64,000 nucleotides of DNA from an uncultured delta proteobacterium. GTDB taxonomy: Bacteria; Myxococcota_A; Polyangia; Fen-1088. The stretch is from the NCBI GenBank assembly GCA_963796685.1, contig CAWCMR010000025.1, forward strand, positions 2,048,001 through 2,112,000, in the 5' to 3' direction. The first letter of the stretch is position 1. Each line of letters starts with the position of its first letter. The translations under genes and the position numbers were made by a program. This document shows positions 51,088 through 60,217 of the stretch, in pieces. Under the pieces are notes generated by a model. It made no database searches, was not told the origin of the DNA, and worked only from the letters and a program-made list of their open reading frames with translations.

Positions 51088-51472
51088 CTACCCAGTCTGA
51101 AACGCATCCTCGACGTGCATCAGCTCGGGCGGAGCATCGTCGAGCGCAAAGGTTACCCCCACGACGTCGAAGCGAAAGACGGCCGCCTGGGGACGTTCCT
51201 CGTCGATGTACATGCGCGCGGCGCGAAGAACCCGCGCCCTTTTGTGGGCATCGACGGTTTCGAGCGCGTGGCCGCGCTCCGTCCCTGTGCGTGAGCGGAC
51301 CTCGACGAATACGCACAGGCCTTCCGTGCCGGCCACGAGATCGAGCTTCTCCTTCAGGCCTGCGCCAATTTCGCGCCAGAATCTTGTATCCGCGCTGCTC
51401 GAGATAGTCCGCCGCCAGCTGCTCCGCGCGCATCCCGAGGGCCTGTCTCTTGGAGAGCACCCGATCGGCCAT
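51088..51472 (-). CDS. yraN: YraN family endonuclease-like protein (frameshift near 51348)
   Basis: G.RAE.LAADYL...GYKILARNWR...GE / LDLV...FVEVRSR...RFDVV; usual position after rplS. Confidence 0.88.
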
Positions 51473-51518
51473 GAGGGAAATCGCTGCTCGCGAACGGCTG
51501 GTAGCCGAAGCGCTCAGT

Positions 51519-52022
51519 CTATTGGTTGCAAGTCGCGGCGGCTGCGCCCTGGCACGCGATGGGGGTCGGAGCCCCAATCGATGGGTTGAGGAAGTCCTTG
51601 CACAGACAGAGCTTCTGGCAGCAGATGTTGCCCTTTACGAAGGCGATCCCGCAGGAAAAACCCAGCTTGCAACGCGTGTCTAGCGGGTTGTTCGTGTCGC
51701 GTGTCTGCCCGTCGCAGTCGCTGTCCTGAGAGCAGCTGGCGGAACAGTAGGCGCTGGTGGGAGGATCGACCGACGGCGCTCCTTGCTGAACCACAGGCTT
51801 GAGGCAGATTCGACTCGGGCACTCGAGGGCCTCGGAGTTGTAAACGCCCTGAGCCGGGCCGGCATCCGGAACAAGAACATCGCAATGGCGACCGATGGCC
51901 TTGTCTTCGCACCCTGTGCTGCCAACTAAGGCCATAACGGCTAGCGGCAAGGCGCCCAAAAGAGTCAGGCGCAGCAGAGCTGGTCGCAGCTTGTGGGTTT
52001 TGGCACGCGGATTCTGGCTCAT
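51519..52022 (-). CDS. cglC: Cys-rich lipoprotein, CglC/GltK-like gliding protein
   Basis: Lipobox STGC; IGRHC...ECPSRICL...YCSASC..DSDC; divergent from the glt operon. Confidence 0.6.
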   Translation of the reverse strand: MSQNPRAKTHKLRPALLRLTLLGALPLAVMALVGSTGCEDKAIGRHCDVLVPDAGPAQGVYNSEALECPSRICLKPVVQQGAPSVDPPTSAYCSASCSQDSDCDGQTRDTNNPLDTRCKLGFSCGIAFVKGNICCQKLCLCKDFLNPSIGAPTPIACQGAAAATCNQ

Positions 52023-52089
52023 CGAAGGACTCCTTCTGTCCGGTTGGGCCGCGAAGATACTCAAGTACGTCTAGGCGCCAAGGACGGCC

Positions 52090-52117
52090 ATCTTAGCGAG
52101 GCAAGGCATCATGTCAA
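52090..52117 (-). promoter_or_regulatory. Sigma70 promoter for the cglC-like gene
   Basis: Minus strand TTGACA-16-TAAGAT. Confidence 0.6.
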
Positions 52118-52198
52118 CAGGGAATCGCACTTCCGATCATCCCGGTTTTGTTTCGCGGATCCGCGATGTTAGAGCGCGCAGCGGTGAATGGTTCTCGC

Positions 52199-52227
52199 TT
52201 GACACTGCAGATCGCCCTGCCTAGGAT
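52199..52227 (+). promoter_or_regulatory. Sigma70 promoter for the glt operon
   Basis: TTGACA-17-TAGGAT, about 200 nt before the ATG. Confidence 0.65.
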
Positions 52228-52426
52228 GGCTCGGTTTTATAGCCTATCAACGACGATCATGTGCTGCTCTCCCGACGGTAAGTCGGGAATGTGGTGCGTG
52301 AACGCCCACCTCCTTATTGATCTGGATCGTGTGTTGAGGTAGGCAAAACGATTCCGAATTGCAGGCCATTTCATCATTTGCTCGTCCCAATCTTCACGGG
52401 CGGGCACCACCTTGTGAGGTCCATCC

Positions 52427-54242
52427 ATGAGCCGTGAAAAGGGTTGCGCTCTGTTCCTCGTGTTCGCGTTCACCGTGGCAGTCGTTCCAAACGCCATGGC
52501 GAAGAGGAGGTCCAAGTCTTCAGGCGCGGGAGAGCCTTCGTCGGAGTCGGGATCGAGCAGGGGCAAGTCGAAGGGCGACGCCGCAACTCTGACGGGTGGC
52601 GGTGGCGGCGACTCCGTCGCGCGCGGTGACAAGTTCTACGACGGCAAGAACTATTACATGGCCTCCATCGAGTACAACAAGGCGCTCGAGGATCAGGGCG
52701 GCGACGAGCTCAGCAAGCAGGAGGCCGAGTTCAAGATGGGGAAGACCCTCTACAAGCTCCACTTCTACTCCGCCTCCATCAGCTATTTCGACCGCGTCGT
52801 GCAGAAGGGCAACGCGCACCCCCATTACAACGAGACCCTGCAGTGGTTGGCCGCTCTGACGCGAGACGTGCCGGACTCCGCGGGCGTGCTCGAAAAAATC
52901 GGCAAGTACGACCGGAGCGAGCTCGAGAACCCGCAGCTTTCGGCCGTTCGCGACGAGCTCTACTTCCTGCTTGGCAAGTACAACTACACCAAGAACAAGT
53001 TCAAGGACGCGGTCGACCTTTTCAACCAGGTGAACCCGAAGAGTCCCTTCTACGTGCAGGCCAAGCTGTTCGAGGGCGCGACCTTCGTCCGCCAATACGA
53101 GGCCAAGCCCGCGGTGGAGGCTTTCAAGGAGGTTTTGCGCGTGGCCGAGGAGAAGCTCGGATCCCAAGGTCCGTCCGTTCCAGGATCTGGCCAACCTGTC
53201 GCTCGCTCGCGTCTTCTACTCGACGGGTCAGTTCGTGCTGGCGACGAAGTACTTCGACCGCGTGTCGCCCGATTCCTATGACTGGCCAAACAGCTTGTTC
53301 GAGTCGTCCTGGGCGAACTTCATGCTCAAGCAGGCCGGGTACTCGAAGGCGCTCGGTAACATCCACACGCTGCGTGCGCCGTTCTTCGAGTACTTCATCA
53401 AGCCCGAGTCGGCCGCCGAGGCCCTCACCGTCAAGGCGACCATCTACTTCTACAACTGCCTCTTCGATCGCGCGAGCGACGCCATGACGGAATTCGACGA
53501 GAGCGTGCCGGACATCAAGAAAGGTTTGGACGAGCTGCTCAAGAAGTACCAGGGGGACAACGCCCAGTTCTTCGATCAGGCGGTCAAGATCCGAATGGGA
53601 CGTTCCGGCATGAAGGCCGTGGTCGAGCGCGCGGCACGCGCCGTGCTCACCGACCGCAGCTTGGCCAAGCGCTTCGAATACGTGCGCGAGCTGGACAAGG
53701 AGATGGGCCAATACGAAAAGGCCGATGTGGCTTGGAAGTCGACCGCGGTCGCCACCAACGTCTCCTCCGATATCGGCGTCAATCGCGCCCTCATGGTCAA
53801 CGAGGCGGGCGAAATGGCGCGCAAGCGCATCGAGCGCCTGGTGAGCGAGCTCTCCGCACTCATCGTCCGCGTGACCAAGATCAAATACGAAATCCTCGAG
53901 GGTGAGAAGCGGCAAGAGGAAGAGGATCTGCGCGACGAGCAGTTGAAGAACCGCAACCGCAAGGCCAAGGACATCGTCACCATCAACGTCGACGACGAGC
54001 ACCAGTTCTGGCCGTTCACCGGCGAATACTGGCGCGACGAGCTTGGCTACTACCGCTACAAGCTGGCCAACAAGTGCGGCCAGTCGGGAACGCCGGAAGG
54101 TGCGCCTCAGAGCGCGATGCCCGGTACCGAGGGCGGGGGCGAGCCGGGAGAGGGGACTACCGAGCCCGCGACGTCGCCCGCGACGCCGCCCACCGAGGGA
54201 TCGGCACCGGCCAGCGAGCCCGCTGCGCCGGCAGGAGATTAG
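52427..54242 (+). CDS. gltC: TPR gliding-motility protein GltC-like (frameshift near 53153)
   Basis: Signal peptide, TPRs, C-terminal DDEHQFWPFTGEYWRDELGYY; ORFs 52427..53281 and 53235..54242 join by removing one A (EESSDPKVRPFQDLANLSLAR). Confidence 0.75.
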
Positions 54243-54281
54243 GGATATTTGGGACTTCCACCGAGGGACAAGGAAACAACC

Positions 54282-57200
54282 ATGACGTGTAATCGACTCT
54301 TCGTTCGCTATGTCTCGCTCGCCGCCTTTCTCACGGTGGGTGCCTACGGCGCCCAAGTGGCTCGTGCCGAGGCCAAATTCAAGAAGAAGGAAATCGAGGT
54401 CTCGGGCGGCCAGCAGACCCAGCTGACCAAGCCGCAAGAACCCGTCAAGGAACAGCACAAGCAGACGGGGCCGACGCTGACCGTGGACGCGTTCGTGGGG
54501 CAGCAGCGCGACAAGATCAACAAGATCACCGATCGGCAAATCAAGTACATGCTGGACTTGGTTCGCAACTCGACCGATGACGATCCGCAGAAGCCGGACT
54601 ATCTGTTCCGCCTCGGCGAGCTCTTCGCCGACAAGCAGCGCAACTTCTCCTTCGAGGCACGTGGCTTGGATCAGAAGATCTTCGAGGCCCAGCAGGCGAA
54701 GAACAGCGGCCAGGCCGCAAGCCTGAAGCAGAAGCAGCAGCAGTACGACAAGGCGGCGGAGAAGCTGTCTTTGGAGGCGGTCAAGAGCTACGTCGCGGCT
54801 TCCAAGTATCCCAAGTACAACCGCATGGACGAGGTGCTCTTCCGCCTCGCCTACCTTCTTCAGATGATCAAGAAGGAGGATCAGGCCCGCGAGTTCTTCC
54901 ACCGCCTGATCAAGGACTTCCCCCAGTCCAAGTACGTGCCGAACGCGTACCTCTCCTTCGCCGAATACTACTTTGGCAAGGGCGAGATGGAGAACGCCGG
55001 CAAGTTCTACGAGAAGGTCGAGCAGTTCCCCGGTTCGTCGGTGTTCGGCTTCGCCCTCTACAAGCAAGGGTGGGTTCAGATCAACCTGGGCAACTTCAAG
55101 GGCGCGCTGGAGATCTTCGTCAAGGTCATCCAGCTTTGCCAGAACGGCAAGATTCCCAAGAACCAGGCTGGTCCGCTCCAGAAGGAAGCGAAGAAGGACT
55201 TGGTCAAGGCCTACGCCAGGACGCCCGGCGCCAACCCCGACAAGGCCTGGGATTTCTTCCAGAGGATGGGGGGCGACTACGCGCCCAAGATGCTCGAGTC
55301 GCTGGCCGAGCTCTACTGGGAGCAAGGCATGTTCCCCGAGTCGTCGAAGATCTATCGCAAGATCATGGCGCTCAACGAAAAGTCGCCGCGACTGTGCGAG
55401 TGGCAGAACAAGATCCTGCGCAACACGCTCTCGGCCGGCAACAAGCGGGATCAGGTCCAGGAGCTCAAGCGCCTCGGTAACGTGTACGAGGCGATGACCA
55501 AGCGACAGGACGTCAAGAAGGACGTCATGAGCGAGTGCAAGAACTCCTTCCACGACACCAGCAAAGAGCTCGCGCTCATCTGGCACAAGGAAGCGCAGCG
55601 CACGAAGAACGCCGACACCTACCAGCTGGCCGGCATGGTGTACAAGGAGTTCCTCAGCCACTTCAACAACGAGAAGGACACCCCGGAGATCACCTTCTAC
55701 TACGGTGAAATCCTGTGGCAGATGAACGCGTGGAAAGAGGCGGCCGAGACCTACACCCACGTCGTCGAGCTGGATCCCAAGGGCAAGTACGTGAAGGAGT
55801 CGGCGTACGCGGCCGTGCTGGCGTGGAAGAACGCGCTCAACATCAGCGACAGCGGCGATTCGGTCGACAAGGACAAGGGCAAGGAAAAAGACCTGAAGCC
55901 ACGCCCGATCCCCGAGTTCCAGAAGAAGATGATCGACGCCTTCGACACCTACATCAAGTACGTGCCGGATGCGCCGGAGCTGGTGAAGATCAAGTACCGC
56001 AAGGCGCGCGTCTTCTACGACTACAACCACTTCGACGAGGCCATCAAGCTGTTCGCCGACATCGTCGATCATCACCCCACGGACGAGCTGGCCATCTACT
56101 CGGCGAACCTCCTGCTCGACTGCCTCAACATCCTCAAGCACTACAAGGAGCTGCTGGCGACGGTGGAGAAGTACTTGGCGAACCCGGTTCTCATGAAGGA
56201 CGAGGAGTTCCGCAAGCAAATGGTGTCGCTCAAGACCGACAGCCTGGTTGCCGAGGCGAAGCAATACGAGAAGGAAAAGAATTACAAGGAGTGTGGCATC
56301 TCCTTCGTGGCCGCGGCCGAGACCATTCCGGACCACAAGGATCATGCCCAGCGCCTCTACAACGCCGGACTATGCTTCCAGAACGCGCGCCTCATCGGTC
56401 AGGCCATCAAGGCCCGCGAGGAGCTCATCAAGGACCACCCCAAGGACGTCTTGGCGCAACGGGCGCTGTTCCAGATTGCGTCCGGCTACCACCAGCTCGC
56501 CTACTACTCCGAGGCGGCCAAGCGCTACGAGGAATTCGCGGGCAAGTTCCCGGGTGAGAAACAGGCCTTCACCGCTCTCGGTAACGCCTACTCTTTCCGC
56601 ATCGGCCTCGGCGAGTTCGACAAGGCCATCGACGATATGAACAGCTTCGTCAAGTACTACGGCGACAAGAAGCCGGCGGACACGGCGAACGTCGTGTTCC
56701 AGATGAGCGAGGTCTACGAGAAGCAGAACAAGACCGACGAGCTCGCCAAGCACCTCGAGGCCTACCTCAAGAAGTGGGGCGCCAGAGGCGGCATCGACAA
56801 GCAGATTCTCGCGCACTTCAAGCTGGGCGAGATCGCCTGGAAGAAGTCCTGCCCGCAAGAAGGCGTGAACGGCGCATGCCTCAAGGTCGAGCGCGTGGCC
56901 ATGAACGGCCGCAGCAAGGCCCTCTATGCGATCAACAGCAAGATCAAGGACAAGAAGAAGAAGCTCAAGGAGAAGCTGCGCACGCAGTGTGGTCCGCCCA
57001 CCAGCTCGAAGATCACGGTCTACGATCGCTCCTCCAAGCCCGCCTCGGAAGCACAGAAGCACTTCAGCGAGGTGCTCAAGCTGTGGGCCAGGGGTGAGGC
57101 CGAGAAGAAGCTGTCGAGCCAGGTGCCCAATGCCGGCGAAGCCGCCGCGCGCGACGTCTTCATGCGTTTCGCGGTGGCAGGTGCCGCCTTCTACCAGGCC

Positions 57201-57830
57201 GAGCAGGTCTACGAGCAGTTCCTCAAGGTGAAGTTCCCACAGGGACTCGACTTCCAGCAGCCGACCCAGTTCGACAGCAAGCGGGTCGCCGAAGCGAAGA
57301 AGAAGAAGTTCGAGGACTCGCAGAAGAAGTTCCTGGCCTACCTCACCGACAAGAGCAAGCTGGCCGAGCGTTTGGCGGGGCCGAGCAAGGACAAGAAGGG
57401 TATGTACGACTTCGTGCTCGACTATCACGTCGCGCACTGGACCATCGCCGCGTCGGCCCGCATCGGGCAAATCTTCGCCGACTTCGTCAACCAGCTCTAC
57501 ACCGCGGAGATTCCAAAGGATCTGAAGGAGCAGGACGAGTGGGGGAACAGGCCCCGCGAAATCTTCTGCGACGCCTTGGTCGACAAGGCCGAGCCGATCG
57601 AGTCGAAAGCTGTCTTCGGCTACGATCTCTGCCTCAAGGCGGCCACGGAGCAGTCGTGGTTCAACGAGTGGTCGACCTTGTGCGAGGTCGAGCTCAACCA
57701 GCTCAAGCCAAGCGAATATCCCCTCGCAGCTGAGGCCAAGCCAGAGCCGGGCTATGTATCGACGCCCATCACTCCGGCCGCCATCATCTCCGAGTTGCCC
57801 GACGACGTTCAGGTTAATACGAAGGATTAG
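54282..57830 (+). CDS. gltD: Large periplasmic TPR protein GltD/AgmU-like
   Basis: Signal peptide, many TPRs, C-terminal WTIAASARIG...AEPIESKA...WFNEWS..CE..L; order C-D-E-F-G. Confidence 0.8.
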   Translation: MTCNRLFVRYVSLAAFLTVGAYGAQVARAEAKFKKKEIEVSGGQQTQLTKPQEPVKEQHKQTGPTLTVDAFVGQQRDKINKITDRQIKYMLDLVRNSTDDDPQKPDYLFRLGELFADKQRNFSFEARGLDQKIFEAQQAKNSGQAASLKQKQQQYDKAAEKLSLEAVKSYVAASKYPKYNRMDEVLFRLAYLLQMIKKEDQAREFFHRLIKDFPQSKYVPNAYLSFAEYYFGKGEMENAGKFYEKVEQFPGSSVFGFALYKQGWVQINLGNFKGALEIFVKVIQLCQNGKIPKNQAGPLQKEAKKDLVKAYARTPGANPDKAWDFFQRMGGDYAPKMLESLAELYWEQGMFPESSKIYRKIMALNEKSPRLCEWQNKILRNTLSAGNKRDQVQELKRLGNVYEAMTKRQDVKKDVMSECKNSFHDTSKELALIWHKEAQRTKNADTYQLAGMVYKEFLSHFNNEKDTPEITFYYGEILWQMNAWKEAAETYTHVVELDPKGKYVKESAYAAVLAWKNALNISDSGDSVDKDKGKEKDLKPRPIPEFQKKMIDAFDTYIKYVPDAPELVKIKYRKARVFYDYNHFDEAIKLFADIVDHHPTDELAIYSANLLLDCLNILKHYKELLATVEKYLANPVLMKDEEFRKQMVSLKTDSLVAEAKQYEKEKNYKECGISFVAAAETIPDHKDHAQRLYNAGLCFQNARLIGQAIKAREELIKDHPKDVLAQRALFQIASGYHQLAYYSEAAKRYEEFAGKFPGEKQAFTALGNAYSFRIGLGEFDKAIDDMNSFVKYYGDKKPADTANVVFQMSEVYEKQNKTDELAKHLEAYLKKWGARGGIDKQILAHFKLGEIAWKKSCPQEGVNGACLKVERVAMNGRSKALYAINSKIKDKKKKLKEKLRTQCGPPTSSKITVYDRSSKPASEAQKHFSEVLKLWARGEAEKKLSSQVPNAGEAAARDVFMRFAVAGAAFYQAEQVYEQFLKVKFPQGLDFQQPTQFDSKRVAEAKKKKFEDSQKKFLAYLTDKSKLAERLAGPSKDKKGMYDFVLDYHVAHWTIAASARIGQIFADFVNQLYTAEIPKDLKEQDEWGNRPREIFCDALVDKAEPIESKAVFGYDLCLKAATEQSWFNEWSTLCEVELNQLKPSEYPLAAEAKPEPGYVSTPITPAAIISELPDDVQVNTKD

Positions 57831-57839
57831 GAGCCAGGA

Positions 57840-59747
57840 ATGACCATGCACGGACGACTTGGAATGTGGTCACTCAAGACCGTTTTTGCTGCCTCTGCCC
57901 TGGCCCTGCTGGTCGGCGGCTGCGCATCCTCAAACTCCGCCGCCAAGAAGGACAAGCTTCCCGACGAAGAGGAAGGTTGGGCCCCTGGGGCAGCGCCCAA
58001 GGCGGGAAACACCGGCCCGGCAGAAATCCCCTTTGCCAAGCGGAAGACGTCGGGGCGGATGATCACGGAGGATCTGAAAGAGGACTACGAGAAGGCGGTC
58101 ACCAACTACCAGAACGCGAAGAAGAATGGGCCTCTCAGCCCCTCTGATTGCAGTTCTTTGGCCAGCGCCTTCAAGAAGATCGCGGACAAGGATCCGCAGC
58201 TCCTCGAGGCTCGCGACAATGAGGCGACCATCTACCTCGAGTGTGGCGAGAAGGACAAGGCGGTCGGCATCTGGAATTCGCTGACCAGTGGCCCCAAACC
58301 CTACGCTCCAGCACTCGCGAACTTGGGATATCTGGCCTGGCAAGGCGGGAACAAGGCCAATGCGGAGTCACTTTTCAACCGTGCTGTGCAGGCCGATCCG
58401 CTGATCGGATCGATCTATGCCCGCATCAACCTGGCGCAAATCTTGCGCGAGCAGGCGAGAACGGCCACCAGCGCGGAGCAGAAAAAGGCCCTGAACGACC
58501 AGGCGGTTCGCCATCTACGTACCGTCTTGGCGCTCGATGGCAACAACCTCCAGGCGTACGCGGGCTTGACCTACATCTACTTCGATTTGGGGCTTCCCGA
58601 CGCGGCCAAGCTCGTGGGTGCGCAGGCCATCAAGCGGGCCAAGGAAATTGCAACCGGCAAGTTCGAGGATGAGTCCACGGTCGCGGAGGAAGTGGCGAAG
58701 AAGGGCAGGAAGCTGAAGGCCAAGAAGGAGAAGGCGAAGGAGGAGGCCAAGGAGGAGCAAGGGGGCAAGGCCGCCGCTGAAGACGAGGGCACGGGTGGTG
58801 CAGGCTACACGACGGAAATGAAGAAGGCCGTCGCGGTCGTGTACAACACGCTCGGTATGATCTCTCTGTCGAAGAAGAACTACACCGAGGCGATCAAGAA
58901 CTACACCCGTGCGGTCCAGTTCGACCCGACGCTTTACGAAGCTCGCCTGAACCTGGCCGCGCTTTCGCTCAAGTTTCGCAACTACGATACCGCGGAGCAG
59001 AATCTTCGCGAAGTCCTGAAGGCCCAACCCAAGAACTACGAGGCCATCATCGGGCTTGGGGTGGCACTTCGTGGCAACAAGAAGTTCGACGAAGCGGAAG
59101 CCGAGTACAACCGGGCGAGGACCATGGACCCGCAACGCCCCGAAGCCTACTTCAACCTTGGCATCCTCTATCAGGAGTACAAGGGTGGGAGCGACAGGCC
59201 CATGCTGCAAAAGGCGCAGGGGTACTACAAAGACTATCTGTCTCGCTCCCAGTCGCCGAAAATGCGCAAGGACGCGGAGAAGCGCATCAAGGATATCGAC
59301 GAGACCTTCGCGGCCTTGAAAGAGGCCGACCAGATGATGAAGGAAGCCGAAGAGATGCAGCGCAAGGCCGAGGCGCAGCAGAAGGCCATGGAAGAGCAGA
59401 TGAAGAAGCAGGAGGCGGCCGAAAAGGCCCAGGTGGAGGCCGACAAGAAGAAGGCCGAGGACGACAAGCTCAAGGCCGAGGCAGACAAGAAGAAGGCGGA
59501 AGAGGACAAGGCCAAGGCCGCCGAGGACAAGAAGAAGGCTGCTGCGGACAAGAAATTGGCGGACGAGGAGAAGGCCAAGAAGCCCGCGGACCCGAAGGAT
59601 GTCGCGGACCCCAAGACCAAAGCGACCCCCGACAAGGCGACCGGGACGCCAGCCCCTGCGGTGGCTGACGATAAGGGCGACAAGTCCGACAAGGACAATG
59701 CTGACGCGGCGAAAAAGCCAGCGGACAGCAAGAAAAAGAAGAAATAG
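57840..59747 (+). CDS. gltE: TPR lipoprotein GltE/AglT-like with Lys/Ala/Asp-rich tail
   Basis: Lipobox VGGC; TPRs (NLAALSLKFRNY..AE, GLGVALRG, YFNLGILY); synteny. Confidence 0.75.
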   Translation: MTMHGRLGMWSLKTVFAASALALLVGGCASSNSAAKKDKLPDEEEGWAPGAAPKAGNTGPAEIPFAKRKTSGRMITEDLKEDYEKAVTNYQNAKKNGPLSPSDCSSLASAFKKIADKDPQLLEARDNEATIYLECGEKDKAVGIWNSLTSGPKPYAPALANLGYLAWQGGNKANAESLFNRAVQADPLIGSIYARINLAQILREQARTATSAEQKKALNDQAVRHLRTVLALDGNNLQAYAGLTYIYFDLGLPDAAKLVGAQAIKRAKEIATGKFEDESTVAEEVAKKGRKLKAKKEKAKEEAKEEQGGKAAAEDEGTGGAGYTTEMKKAVAVVYNTLGMISLSKKNYTEAIKNYTRAVQFDPTLYEARLNLAALSLKFRNYDTAEQNLREVLKAQPKNYEAIIGLGVALRGNKKFDEAEAEYNRARTMDPQRPEAYFNLGILYQEYKGGSDRPMLQKAQGYYKDYLSRSQSPKMRKDAEKRIKDIDETFAALKEADQMMKEAEEMQRKAEAQQKAMEEQMKKQEAAEKAQVEADKKKAEDDKLKAEADKKKAEEDKAKAAEDKKKAAADKKLADEEKAKKPADPKDVADPKTKATPDKATGTPAPAVADDKGDKSDKDNADAAKKPADSKKKKK

Positions 59748-59863
59748 AGGGTAGACTCCCCTTCGCGGACGGTTTCCAAAGAAATTTTGGAACTTTGTCC
59801 GGTTCCAGTTGTCAGTAGGAGCGGGTCAAAGTACCCGCCCCGAATGAGCAAGGAGAAGGCGCC

Positions 59864-60118
59864 ATGAAGACTCTGGCAATGATAGTGGTTCTGAGCTTGA
59901 CAGCAGGGGTGGGGACCGCGCTCGCACAAGAGGCGGGTGATAACGCAACCTACAAGTCCAAGACGGTGTACGACTTCGAAGACGATAACGTCGAAGGGGA
60001 TCTGCAGCGTCCTGACGGCGAGTTGGTGAACTCGATCAACAAGGCCCAGCACGAGAGCCTCATCGAAATCCGAAAAGACTTCATCCCTGAAATGCTCAAG
60101 TCGCTCGAAGACATCTAG
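59864..60118 (+). CDS. gltF: GltF/CglF-like small secreted gliding protein
   Basis: Signal peptide; YKSKTVYDFEDDNVEGDLQRPDG...SLIEIRKDFIPEMLKS. Confidence 0.85.
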   Translation: MKTLAMIVVLSLTAGVGTALAQEAGDNATYKSKTVYDFEDDNVEGDLQRPDGELVNSINKAQHESLIEIRKDFIPEMLKSLEDI

Positions 60119-60217
60119 GCGCGGGCAGGGCCTTCTTGGCCATTTCCGTGACTGGACGCCTCGGCGCTGGCGGCGGCCTAGGGCCGCCGCTGTTGTAAGG
60201 AAGACAAGGAGAACGCC

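Noticed and set aside
7566-57851. Long antisense or alternative-frame ORFs (e.g. 7566..9881-, 11953..13599-, 16610..19681-, 46912..48750+, 53124..56345-)
   Set aside because: Shadow ORFs of high-GC genes; no motifs, and they overlap well-supported CDSs.
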